A DNA stretch of 64,000 nt from assembly GCA_023253175.1 (NCBI GenBank), contig JALRHH010000002.1, positions 199-64,198 of the forward strand, read 5' to 3'. A program made the position numbers and the translations under genes. The notes under the pieces were generated by a model that was not told the DNA's origin, did no database searches, and was given only the letters and a program-made list of their open reading frames with translations. This DNA is from Candidatus Saccharimonadia bacterium (GTDB lineage Bacteria; Patescibacteriota; Saccharimonadia; Saccharimonadales; JALRHH01). Positions 21,890 to 31,424 of the stretch are shown here, in pieces (within the stretch, counting starts at the first letter, position 1; each line of letters begins with the position of its first letter).

Positions 21890-22070
21890 CCGAGACTTTG
21901 GCTACACCAAAGCCCAGCACGACCGGCGTCCCCGCTACACCATCGTAGCTGCGTAACAGGGTTTGATGTCCAGTCGCTACCACAGCAGACGCCATCTTGG
22001 CTACCCGGAAGTGCCTGACACAGCCCAAATGCACCACTGCTGCCCTAAAGACTTGTTGGTACCTGGGAGA
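21890..22070 (-). ncRNA. Candidate structured ncRNA (unassigned)
   Basis: GC-rich intergenic tract whose ends pair, with several internal hairpins and a terminal hairpin. Family not recognised. Confidence 0.35.
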
Positions 22071-22523
22071 CTATCCATAATACTCACCTTTGATTACAAG
22101 TTGCGGACTATTGTGCGCATCGATTACGTCAATGTTCTTCAGGAATTCAGGTAAAACTATGTCTAATTCACGCGGATCGTAAAAACCAATCTCAGCGATC
22201 TCATCTATGCCATGTGTTGTCTTAGTTAGATCTATGTTTAGATAATCATTGGTGTTTTCAACGTTAAAGAAGAATTCTGGTCCTTGATAAACTCCGTCCA
22301 AGGTGTATTGATAAATATATAGCAATTTACCTATTTTAGGTTGGATGCCTGTTTCTTCCATTATTTCACGAGTAAGCGCGTCTAACAGCATCTCGCCATC
22401 ATCTATACCGCCGCCCGGCAGCGACCAAGTATTGTATGATCCGCCCGTTTCCGGGTTTCTATGACGAACAAGCAGAAGCGTGTTGCCCCGCTTAATGATT
22501 GCGCGTACTCGTATCTTCATCAA
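22071..22523 (-). CDS. NUDIX hydrolase
   Basis: Nudix box PGGGIDDGEMLLDALTREIMEETG. Confidence 0.9.
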   Translation of the reverse strand: MMKIRVRAIIKRGNTLLLVRHRNPETGGSYNTWSLPGGGIDDGEMLLDALTREIMEETGIQPKIGKLLYIYQYTLDGVYQGPEFFFNVENTNDYLNIDLTKTTHGIDEIAEIGFYDPRELDIVLPEFLKNIDVIDAHNSPQLVIKGEYYG

Positions 22524-22727
22524 CTGTATTATATCAATATGTGCTTTCTTTCAGAATTTACTTGTGGAAGAAAGCTTCAATATTCAGGAAAGAGCAGCTT
22601 CGCAGATAATTGGAGTGATGAACGACAATTATATGATAAACCGGAGCAATTCCAGTCCATAAAGAAATCAAAGAATTGCCCCGAGAGAAGCTATATGAGA
22701 GAACCTATCTCAGTTCTCTCATTACCG

Positions 22728-23954
22728 TTACCACCAGTGTTTGCTTACCCAGGTATTGTATGCGGCCGCCCAACTGCCATAACGACCCTTAGCGTAGCCA
22801 TCACACCACTTCAGCTGGGTGACGGGATTCGACTGCCAGTCGCTACCAGCAGTTGCCATCTTATTACCCGGCAAAGCCTGACACAGACCATAGGCGCCGC
22901 TGCTATTGCGTGCCGCTGCATTCCAACCCGATTCGCGGCTGACAATATAATTTACATATGCAAAGTCGGACGAAGCGATACCAGCCGCACGCATAACCGC
23001 TTCTTTATCCGCAGGAATAAATACCGTTTTACCCTTGGCGATAATCTGTTTAACGGGCTCAACCGCAACCACTGACTGAATCTCCTTACGGGCTACTTCT
23101 TTACCGTTCTGAAGGTCTATCTGATAGGTCACGAGGCGCTTACCGGCCGAACCCTTTTGGCGCACCGCAGTTGACCCGAATGACAGTGAAGCATCTTCGA
23201 TAGTCTCGGTTTGCATCGGAATTTCCTCTTCGACAGTTGCGACCTGGCTACCATTACGAACCACAAACACTTGTGTCTGCGCGGTGATCTTGGTTTCCTT
23301 AGATGGCTGCACCGTATCATCAGCAGCAAGCTTGATTTGCTTTTCATTGAGCAGTTCGCCAACAGTTTCTGCATGGGTCCTTACCGGCACCTGCGTGCCG
23401 TAAAGGTTAATGTTGGTTGGCGTGGCGCGGTCAATAACAACCTTTTCACCAATTGCGCCATCCTTGAGGAAATCGGTCTCCATTTCACTTTCTATCTTGT
23501 CCTCTGGATAGACCTGTACCCCAGCCTGACTCGCAACACTACGAGCAGTCGTTGCGGCACTAAATGCAAACGTCTTTTTACCGTTATCGACAACTGTCAC
23601 CGGACGTGCGCGGTACACATTGACACGGAATTTTTGATCAGCGATTTCGGTATCCTGACTTGGCTCAACAACGTCACCTTCATTGAGCCTAACGTTGGCG
23701 CGCTCCAAAAACTCTCCTACTGTTTTTGCACGGGTAGGAAGCGTTTCTTGTTTTTTATCATGCGTAAACACAACGAGGTGGGAATCAGAGGCCACAACTT
23801 CGTGACTATCCGACATGACAATAAATATCAGACCAGCAAAAAACAGCACAAACAAGGTCGCCAAAGGAATTGCGAATGGATGTTTATGCCAATTGTGCTT
23901 GAGAAGCCATTTTAGTGGCTGTTTCTCGGATAATGATGTCAGTAGTTTCTTCAT
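22728..23954 (-). CDS. RpfB-like cell-wall hydrolase (TM, 3x DUF348, G5, lytic transglycosylase-like)
   Basis: Repeated TVGEFL/TVGELL...D.V.PS units, a G5 segment, and RESGWN...SSGAYGLCQALPG. Confidence 0.88.
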   Translation of the reverse strand: MKKLLTSLSEKQPLKWLLKHNWHKHPFAIPLATLFVLFFAGLIFIVMSDSHEVVASDSHLVVFTHDKKQETLPTRAKTVGEFLERANVRLNEGDVVEPSQDTEIADQKFRVNVYRARPVTVVDNGKKTFAFSAATTARSVASQAGVQVYPEDKIESEMETDFLKDGAIGEKVVIDRATPTNINLYGTQVPVRTHAETVGELLNEKQIKLAADDTVQPSKETKITAQTQVFVVRNGSQVATVEEEIPMQTETIEDASLSFGSTAVRQKGSAGKRLVTYQIDLQNGKEVARKEIQSVVAVEPVKQIIAKGKTVFIPADKEAVMRAAGIASSDFAYVNYIVSRESGWNAAARNSSGAYGLCQALPGNKMATAGSDWQSNPVTQLKWCDGYAKGRYGSWAAAYNTWVSKHWW

Positions 23955-24038
23955 ACAATGACTTCGTATGAGGGCAGATTAATGTTAGTGAAACCACCTC
24001 TGTGCCTGCCTCGAAGCCAGGTTATATGGTACCAAATT

Positions 24039-24515
24039 TTAACGATTTAACCAAGTTCCAACAGATTGCTTGACGGTACTGCCAACACCCTTTTGGGCAT
24101 TCTGCACATGCTGAAAGTCAAACCAGGCATGATCGACGATTTCTGATTGTGCGGGTGTAATTACTGGCTCCTCAGTAAGTTCTAAAGCGAATAAATAGTA
24201 CCGCCCGACTAGCCAACCTCGCTCAACTGCAGTGTTTTCGCCGACTAGCAATAGGTCCGCTGGGTCTATGGAAACTCCCAGCTCTTCTGCGATCTCCCTA
24301 ACGGCAGCTTCGTTAGGCTGCTCACCATGCTCAATCCCGCCACCTGGCAACGACCAATCGCCTGCACTCAGCCAATTTTTAACCAGCAGTACCTCATCTT
24401 GCCAAATCAACATAACCCTGGCACGCGGTTTTGTTTTCTTTGCATACACCCATATTGCCGGCAACATAATCCAGTATAGCGTGACGCCAACTATTGCCCA
24501 GATTTTTCGTCTCAT
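24039..24515 (-). CDS. NUDIX hydrolase
   Basis: Nudix box PGGGIEHGEQPNEAAVREIAEELG. Confidence 0.9.
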   Translation of the reverse strand: MRRKIWAIVGVTLYWIMLPAIWVYAKKTKPRARVMLIWQDEVLLVKNWLSAGDWSLPGGGIEHGEQPNEAAVREIAEELGVSIDPADLLLVGENTAVERGWLVGRYYLFALELTEEPVITPAQSEIVDHAWFDFQHVQNAQKGVGSTVKQSVGTWLNR

Positions 24516-26662
24516 AGCTTTTTCAGCGGTGCAAATGCCACATTAATTTTCTTTGCGCCCTTGCCCACAAAGAAAATCGTTGCCGTATCGCCTTGCATCT
24601 CCACAACTGTACCGCGCCCAAAGATGTCATGTTCGACACCATCGCCTTCATTGAGTTCCGGGACGTAGCGCGGCTCTTGGTTAAAATCATCGCTAGGAGT
24701 TTGGTCATAAGTACTCTGCCACATAGAACCGCCGAGGCTCACGCTCTCTACCTGGAATGATGCATCAATTTCACTAAGGAATCTTGAAGGCGGATTATGC
24801 TGCACATTTCCGTAAAGCAATCGACCTGTTGCGTAGCTGAGATACAGCTCTTCTTTCGCGCGGGTCATACCCACATAACACAGCCGGCGCTCCTCTTCCA
24901 TTTCCGACTGGTCATACAGCGCCCTTGAGTGCGGGAAAATCGTCTCTTCCATGCCAACCATAAATACCACTGGGAACTCCAGACCCTTCGCAGCGTGCAG
25001 TGTCATGAGCGTCACTGCATTGGCACCAGATTCCATCGTATCAACATCACTGACCAGCGAGACCTCCTCTAAGAATCCATCAAGGCCAAGGTCCTGGTAG
25101 CTCTTAGCCACACCGACCAGTTCACGAACGTTCTCTTGGCGTGCATCGGCCTGCGGAGTCTTGTCATCAAGATATGCATAGTAATCGATGCGGCGAAGCA
25201 GGCTTTCAAGCAGTACCGGCACAGCAGCCTCATCGACCATTTCGCGGCTCCGAAGTAAAATATCGCCAAGCTCGCTGAAGCCCTTCTTGGCCTTTGGCGT
25301 GATGCCTGGCGCCTCATGAATTGTCTCGAGTGCCTGCTGAAGTGTCTGTTCACCTGCTGCCTGCCATGCGTAGAATTGCTGCAGCGATTTAGTACCAATA
25401 CCTCTTGTCGGCACGTTAACAATACGTTCGAAACTGACGCGGTCTTCTGGCTGATAAATAAGTCGCAGATACGCCAGAATATCTTTAATTTCCTTACGGT
25501 CATAGAATCTCTGACCACCAATAATACGGTACGGAATGCCGTAGCGCACAAAAGCCTCTTCCACTGAACGACTCTGTGCGTTTGTGCGGTACAGCACCGC
25601 AAAATCTTGATATCGACGGAACTTGGCATCCACACTGTTTTGGACCCTTCGGATGATAGACTCTGCCTCGGCACGCTCGTTTGCGACCTGCAAAATATCA
25701 ACTGGCTTACCATCGCCAGCCTCTGTCCATAGCTCCTTGTCCGAACGCTGCTGGTTTTTGGTGATAACCGCATGGGCAGCATCAAGAATTGATTTAGTAC
25801 TACGGTAATTCTGTTCTAGTTTTACAATTGTGACTTCTGGGTAGTCTTTCTCAAAATTCAGAATGTTCCTGAAGTCTGCACCACGCCAACTATAAATAGA
25901 CTGCCAGTCGTCACCGACAACTGCGATGTTATGCGCTTCGCCCGTGAGAAGTTTAATAAGTTTGTACTGCGCCGCATTGGTGTCCTGATACTCGTCTATC
26001 ATGATGTATCTAAACTGGTTGACCCACTTTTCGCGTACTAGCTTGTTTGTTTGCAGCAGATTTACCGTTCGAGCAATCAGGTCATCAAAGTCAAGTGCGC
26101 CGGCATCTTTTAGTACCTTTTGATACAGCGGATACACCTGCGCGGCAGCACGCTGAATCGGACTATTACCGGCATCGTATTCGCCAGGAATTGTGAGGTC
26201 ATTTTTGGCATTACTAATAATCGCGGAAAGGCTCCGTGCCGGATATGTCTTTTCATCCAGCATTAGTTGCTTGGCAGCCTGCTTGATTGCGGCCTGTCTG
26301 TCAGATTCATCAAAAATAACAAAGTTTTTGGGGATATGAATCGCCTCGCCGTCCTGACGAAGTAACCGCACACAAATAGAGTGGAATGTACCCATGTACG
26401 GCATAAAGCTACGATTGTCTGGGTTTTCACCGAGCAGCACCGCAACACGCTCCCTCATTTCGCGGGCGGCTTTGTTTGTAAAGGTAACTGCCAGGATATT
26501 AAACGGTGTTGCGCGGCGACTCGCGATTAGGTGAGCGATCCGGTGGGTCAGCGTCTTGGTCTTGCCGGAACCAGCGCCGGCCAGTATCAAAAGCGGACCT
26601 TCCGTTGATTCAACGGCTCTGGCCTGTTCGCTGTTTAATCCCCTAGTTAATTCCTCTAGCAC
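24512..26662 (-). CDS. pcrA: ATP-dependent DNA helicase PcrA/UvrD
   Basis: Motifs AGAGSGKT, TFTNKAA, DEYQD, GDDWQSIY, QNYRS and HAAKGLEF, plus a C-terminal Tudor-like domain. Confidence 0.96.
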   Translation of the reverse strand: MLEELTRGLNSEQARAVESTEGPLLILAGAGSGKTKTLTHRIAHLIASRRATPFNILAVTFTNKAAREMRERVAVLLGENPDNRSFMPYMGTFHSICVRLLRQDGEAIHIPKNFVIFDESDRQAAIKQAAKQLMLDEKTYPARSLSAIISNAKNDLTIPGEYDAGNSPIQRAAAQVYPLYQKVLKDAGALDFDDLIARTVNLLQTNKLVREKWVNQFRYIMIDEYQDTNAAQYKLIKLLTGEAHNIAVVGDDWQSIYSWRGADFRNILNFEKDYPEVTIVKLEQNYRSTKSILDAAHAVITKNQQRSDKELWTEAGDGKPVDILQVANERAEAESIIRRVQNSVDAKFRRYQDFAVLYRTNAQSRSVEEAFVRYGIPYRIIGGQRFYDRKEIKDILAYLRLIYQPEDRVSFERIVNVPTRGIGTKSLQQFYAWQAAGEQTLQQALETIHEAPGITPKAKKGFSELGDILLRSREMVDEAAVPVLLESLLRRIDYYAYLDDKTPQADARQENVRELVGVAKSYQDLGLDGFLEEVSLVSDVDTMESGANAVTLMTLHAAKGLEFPVVFMVGMEETIFPHSRALYDQSEMEEERRLCYVGMTRAKEELYLSYATGRLLYGNVQHNPPSRFLSEIDASFQVESVSLGGSMWQSTYDQTPSDDFNQEPRYVPELNEGDGVEHDIFGRGTVVEMQGDTATIFFVGKGAKKINVAFAPLKKL

Positions 26663-26683
26663 TAAGATATTTTAACACCTTGG

Positions 26684-27253
26684 CTAGTTTTTAATGAGAT
26701 CAAATGGCAATGTAAATTCAGTTTTAATAATTCCCGCATCGACAGCAAGCGCAGCGCCAACAAGCACCAGCAGAACGAATGCAAGAAGGGCCGTGTTGCG
26801 AGCAGTACGACGTTTCTGAACCGCACCGATTGGTACAAAATATTTCTTTTGTTCGACAAGCTTTTCAACAAGCTCTGCTTGCTGCTGCTCTTCCTTGGAC
26901 AACACAGCCTGCGCGGCAGCAGCGATTTCTTCCGGACTCTGATCGGTTTCTGCCTCAATAGGGAGTGCTTCCTCTTTTGAGTCCGCTTCCTCTGGCTTAT
27001 CAACAATTTTGTCAGTAGGCTCAGAATCAGTTGGTGTTTCAGGTTCCTTATCTGCGGCAGATAGTGGCGCAATCGTCTTTTTAGCAGCAGAAGGCGGCAG
27101 CCTAACAGGCTCGGCGCCCATTGGCTCATCATTTGATACCATTGGATCTTTGACGACCGGTGTCTTACTGATAATTATTGGGCGCGAAGTTGCATGAGCC
27201 GGTGTAGTACCTGGCTTTTCGACATCTGTTAAGGTTTTGTTTTTGTCTATCAC
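26684..27253 (-). CDS. Hypothetical acidic protein with a C-terminal TM helix
   Basis: 189 aa, P/E-rich, with a C-terminal anchor. Confidence 0.7.
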   Translation of the reverse strand: MIDKNKTLTDVEKPGTTPAHATSRPIIISKTPVVKDPMVSNDEPMGAEPVRLPPSAAKKTIAPLSAADKEPETPTDSEPTDKIVDKPEEADSKEEALPIEAETDQSPEEIAAAAQAVLSKEEQQQAELVEKLVEQKKYFVPIGAVQKRRTARNTALLAFVLLVLVGAALAVDAGIIKTEFTLPFDLIKN

Positions 27254-27255
27254 TT

Positions 27256-28047
27256 TTATTCCTTCGCGCTGTTCTGAACTCGGTACGCAGCATCAATGAT
27301 ACCCGAAAACTTGTGGTAATTCAGACTTGCACTGCCGACGAGTACGCCATCACAGCCCGGAATCTGAAGATAACCACCCGCCAGCTGATCGTCAACACTT
27401 CCGCCGTACAGTACACGCACGGCCTTGCTCGCCTTCTTGGTATACAGTTCTGCGATCTGATGCCTAATAAATTCAAATTGCCGCTGGATATCATCTGGCT
27501 TTGCAAGTTCTCCTCCAAAGGTACTAATAGCCCAGACTGGCTCGTAGGCAATTACAACCTGCTCAACCTCTGCGGCAGTTAGATGGCTCAGGGCAGTAGT
27601 AATCTGATCATGTAGCACCTGCTTCGTTTCGCCGTTGTGGCGCTCTTCCTGCGTTTCACCCACACAAAGGACCGGCGTAATTCCGTTTCGAACCGCAGCG
27701 GCCACCTTTTGTGCAATCTCTTCATATGATTCATGAAAATGAATTCGGCGCTCAGAATGCCCAATGATGACATAGTGTACGAGGTCACGTAACATTGTGA
27801 AGCTTACCTCACCCGTAAAGGCACCTTCATCCTTATAGAATGCATTTTGAGCCGCCAATCGGAACTTACGGCGATCAATTTGCATACTTAACGGCTGTAG
27901 CACCAACATGCTTGGTGCCAACACGACTTCGATGTCACGGTGAATCTTGATTCGTTCGTGAAGCCTATGCAGTAGTAAGCTCGCCTGACTCGTATTAAGA
28001 TGCATCTTCCAGTTTGCGATAACAAGTTTTCGACGTGTAGTATTCAT
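27256..28047 (-). CDS. tpiA: Triosephosphate isomerase
   Basis: Motifs ANWKM, GHSERR, AYEPVWAI and YGGSV. Confidence 0.96.
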   Translation of the reverse strand: MNTTRRKLVIANWKMHLNTSQASLLLHRLHERIKIHRDIEVVLAPSMLVLQPLSMQIDRRKFRLAAQNAFYKDEGAFTGEVSFTMLRDLVHYVIIGHSERRIHFHESYEEIAQKVAAAVRNGITPVLCVGETQEERHNGETKQVLHDQITTALSHLTAAEVEQVVIAYEPVWAISTFGGELAKPDDIQRQFEFIRHQIAELYTKKASKAVRVLYGGSVDDQLAGGYLQIPGCDGVLVGSASLNYHKFSGIIDAAYRVQNSAKE

Positions 28048-28057
28048 AACGCTAATG

Positions 28058-29350
28058 CTACTCCTTATCCTGCAATGCTTCAACACCTGGCAGCTTTTTA
28101 CCGCTCATAAGTTCCATGCTTGCACCACCGCCCGTTGATACATGGTTAAAGTGTTCTGATAATTTTCGCTCTTCAACATATCCGACTGTGTCGCCACCGC
28201 CCAGCACCGTAAACGGCTTGTGCCCAAACTGACCAAGCATTGCCTCGACTAAGGTCTCGGTGCCGTGTGCAAATGGCCCAGTGGGGCCCTGCACGCCAGC
28301 AACCTCAGTAACACCGAGTGCACCGTTCCAGATAACCGTATTGGCCAGCTGAATACCGCCGGCGATAAATGCACCCGAAAACGGACCAACGTCCAGAATC
28401 ATTTCATCTTCAAGCACTTGTCCTGTTTCCGCACTTGGCTGCTTTGGATAATCCTCGATTGCTGCGATAACATGCGCATCCCAATCAACAATTCGCGTCT
28501 GGGTATTACTGTCCACACTCTTTGCAACAACACCGTCTTGCGGCAGGTAAAATATAAAATGTTCTTTCTGCGATTTCTCTTTTGCTTTAACAAGTATTTC
28601 CTTGGCCAGCGGTACTTCGTCATGATCTGCCTTACTCTTGCCAACAGAAATACCTTCAGCAAGTAAGAACGTATTGGCCATTGCACCGCCCACTGCAATA
28701 AAGTCAGCAACATCTACAAGGCGATTCAAGATATCAATTTTATCGGCAATTTTTGAGCCACCAATCACCGCCATCAGCGGACGCTTGGGATTCTCCATGA
28801 CACTAGAAATTGTGTCGACTTCTGCTTCGACCAGCAGACCGGCAACACCTGGAATATGTTTTGGTATTTCGGAAACAGATACTGCACCGTGGTGAACGAC
28901 ACCAAAGGCATCCTGCACAAACACATCAGCGTATGATGCGAGTTCCTTTGCAAATCCTTCGTCATTAGATTCTTCGCCTGGATTAAAGCGAATATTCTCA
29001 AGCATTAATATGTCGCCCGGCTGCAGGCTATCAACTTTTGCCCTTGTTTCATCACCTACACAGTCTTCAGCAAAACCAACTTGTCTATCAAGCAAAGTGC
29101 TTAGCCTCTCGGCGCACGCCTTCAGGCTAAACCTTAGATCACGCTTACCTTCTGGACGGCCGAGATGTGAACACAAAACGATCTTACAGTTTTGAGAGAG
29201 TAAATATTCGATTGTAGGAAGTGACTTTTTAATACGATAGTCGTCGGTAATTTCACCACTATCATTCATCGGCACATTGTAGTCAACGCGAACAAGCACT
29301 CGCTTGCCCTGCAGATCAATGTCCTTAATTGTCTTTTTAGTAAAGCTCAA
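28058..29350 (-). CDS. pgk: Phosphoglycerate kinase
   Basis: Motifs RVDYNVP, SHLGRP, ENIRF, GGGDT and STGGGA. Confidence 0.96.
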   Translation of the reverse strand: MSFTKKTIKDIDLQGKRVLVRVDYNVPMNDSGEITDDYRIKKSLPTIEYLLSQNCKIVLCSHLGRPEGKRDLRFSLKACAERLSTLLDRQVGFAEDCVGDETRAKVDSLQPGDILMLENIRFNPGEESNDEGFAKELASYADVFVQDAFGVVHHGAVSVSEIPKHIPGVAGLLVEAEVDTISSVMENPKRPLMAVIGGSKIADKIDILNRLVDVADFIAVGGAMANTFLLAEGISVGKSKADHDEVPLAKEILVKAKEKSQKEHFIFYLPQDGVVAKSVDSNTQTRIVDWDAHVIAAIEDYPKQPSAETGQVLEDEMILDVGPFSGAFIAGGIQLANTVIWNGALGVTEVAGVQGPTGPFAHGTETLVEAMLGQFGHKPFTVLGGGDTVGYVEERKLSEHFNHVSTGGGASMELMSGKKLPGVEALQDKE

Positions 29351-29368
29351 TTCCCACCCCCGTTATTT

Positions 29369-30805
29369 TTATTCTAAGACTCGAACCTTAATGGTGTCTG
29401 TAGTTCCAACCACGCCCGGATATTTACCAGATGCCGTTACGACCATGTCGCTCTTTGCAAATAATTTGGATTCACGAAGCCAATCAGTCAGCTTGTTTGC
29501 AGCATACTTATCAACTGGACGCACAAAACTCTTTGTACCATACACGAGTGCCAACTGGTGTGCAGTTAAGCGATCTGACGTCACCGCAATCAGCGGCACC
29601 TGCGAACGATGAGATGCGATCTGACGTGCCGTCGCACCAGTCAGTGTTTCGGCAACAATTGCCTTTGCCTCGAGCTGCGCTGCGAGTGAAATCACCGCAG
29701 AACTAATCGCAGTCTGGCGATCGGCTGCTTCGAATTCCTTAAAGTACACCTCTACCGGTTCATTCTCCTGTGCATACAAAATAACTCGCTTCATGGTTTC
29801 TACGGCTTCTATCGGGTAATTACCATTTGCAGTTTCATCACTGAGCATGACACAGTCGGTACCAAGCAGTACCGCGGTCGCCACGTCAGATACCTCTGCA
29901 CGGGTTGGCTCTGGCATATCAGTCATGCTCGCAAGCATTTGTGTAGCCACAATCACGGGACGAGCATACTTCATACCAAGACCAATGATTTTTCGCTGCA
30001 CAATTGGCACTGATTCTGGTAATGTTTCGATTGCAAGGTCACCTCGGGCAACCATTACGGCGTCAGTTTCAAGTACGATACGCTCGATATTTTCCACGGC
30101 CGCACTGGTTTCAATCTTGGCGATAATCTTTGATTGACTGCCAAGGTTCTTAAGCATCTTTCGGAGCGTACGAATATCATTTTCTGTCTGCACAAAACTG
30201 AGTGCAACATAATCGATATCGTGCGTAGAACCAAAGGCAATGTCTTTCTTATCCTTAGCCGTAATAATGTCGCCACCAAAATCGGTGTCAGGTAGGTTAA
30301 TACCCTTTCGTTTGATCAGTACTCCATCGTTTTCGGCACGTACGTGTACGATGCCATCTTTGACGCTTGTTACAGTCGTGCGAACCTTACCATCAAATAG
30401 ATAGAGCCGTTCGCCGCGCTTCATTTTCTTACTGAGATCATACTGCGTTGGGATAATGCCAGAACGTTCAAAGTCCGCACCGTATTTAAACTGCAGACTT
30501 TTGCCTTTAGTTACATTAATGACGCCCTCGAAATCACCAAGACGAATTTTTGGACCCTGCAAGTCTTGCACAATCGCAATTGGCTTGCCGTACTCTTCAC
30601 TGGCTTTACGTATCCACGCGATTTGCTCTTCACGTTCTTCGTAGCTACCGTGGCTAAAGTTCAGTCTAATACCGTTAGCCCCGGCCTTGATAAGCGCCAG
30701 GATCTTTTCATAGCTATTGGTTGATGGGCCAACGGTTGCAAGGATTTTTGTTCTTTTGAATTGTGTTATTGGCACATTCGGTGCCGCGAGTGTAGTTTCT
30801 TTCAT
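29369..30805 (-). CDS. pyk: Pyruvate kinase
   Basis: Motifs TKILATVGP, RLNFSHG, DLQGPKIR, MVARGDL and ATQML. Confidence 0.96.
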   Translation of the reverse strand: MKETTLAAPNVPITQFKRTKILATVGPSTNSYEKILALIKAGANGIRLNFSHGSYEEREEQIAWIRKASEEYGKPIAIVQDLQGPKIRLGDFEGVINVTKGKSLQFKYGADFERSGIIPTQYDLSKKMKRGERLYLFDGKVRTTVTSVKDGIVHVRAENDGVLIKRKGINLPDTDFGGDIITAKDKKDIAFGSTHDIDYVALSFVQTENDIRTLRKMLKNLGSQSKIIAKIETSAAVENIERIVLETDAVMVARGDLAIETLPESVPIVQRKIIGLGMKYARPVIVATQMLASMTDMPEPTRAEVSDVATAVLLGTDCVMLSDETANGNYPIEAVETMKRVILYAQENEPVEVYFKEFEAADRQTAISSAVISLAAQLEAKAIVAETLTGATARQIASHRSQVPLIAVTSDRLTAHQLALVYGTKSFVRPVDKYAANKLTDWLRESKLFAKSDMVVTASGKYPGVVGTTDTIKVRVLE

Positions 30806-31049
30806 TAGTATAAGTGTACCTGTTTAGAGGTAATTTGAGTAGCCTTTGAGGTAGATGTTTTTTTGGATTGGAGGGGGATCAGCTATCATGCACACTTAAG
30901 GCAAACATACTCTGGAATCGACCTACCTACGGCAGGCCCGAAATTTCGCGACTGAAAACAAGTTTTCATCGGAAAGTTTCCTTGCGAATTGCCACAGGCA
31001 ATTCTCACCCTGTTGCGGCAACAGGATTTCGATTTCGCCCGGCGAGCGA

Positions 31050-31090
31050 CATAGAAAAACACCCATCACATGGATGGGTGTTTTTCTATG
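31050..31090 (-). terminator. Terminator hairpin after tRNA-Glu
   Basis: CATAGAAAAACACCCATC-loop-GATGGGTGTTTTTCTATG. Confidence 0.75.
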
Positions 31091-31163
31091 GTGATCCCGA
31101 GGGGAATCGAACCCCTGTTGCCAGGATGAAAACCTGGTGTCCTAACCGTTAGACGACGGGACC
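31089..31163 (-). tRNA. tRNA-Glu(TTC)
   Basis: Cloverleaf GGTCCCG...CCAGG-TT-TTC-AT-CCTGG...GTTCGATT...CCA. Confidence 0.95.
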
Positions 31164-31321
31164 ACGTCGTCACTTGCGCGCCTGTCTCGTTTTGCCATAC
31201 TTGGCAAAAGCTTCAACTTAGCGCTAAGATCCTCCTTTCGTCTATCCAAACAGCCGCAGGCTTGGTCTGGCTAGTCGGGTCAGAATCTCAGACCGAAAAA
31301 TAATATCATAACAGAGGCCAA

Positions 31322-31357
31322 AAGAAAACCCCTCTGTGAGGTATGAGGGGTTTTCTT
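31322..31357. terminator. Intrinsic terminator of the LPxTG protein gene
   Basis: AAGAAAACCCCTC / GAGGGGTTTTCTT. A second hairpin ACTCCCCAGA/TCTGGGGAGT lies at 31366-31390. Confidence 0.7.
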
Positions 31358-31424
31358 GCCATGAGACTCCCCAGAGATTATCTGGGGAGTACCTGCGAGC
31401 GGTCAGTCATGCTCTTATATCAAA

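Noticed and set aside
30868..31152. 94-aa ORF over tRNA-Glu, and the 81-aa ORF over tRNA-Arg at 57684-57929
   Set aside because: These are spurious frames running through tRNA genes.
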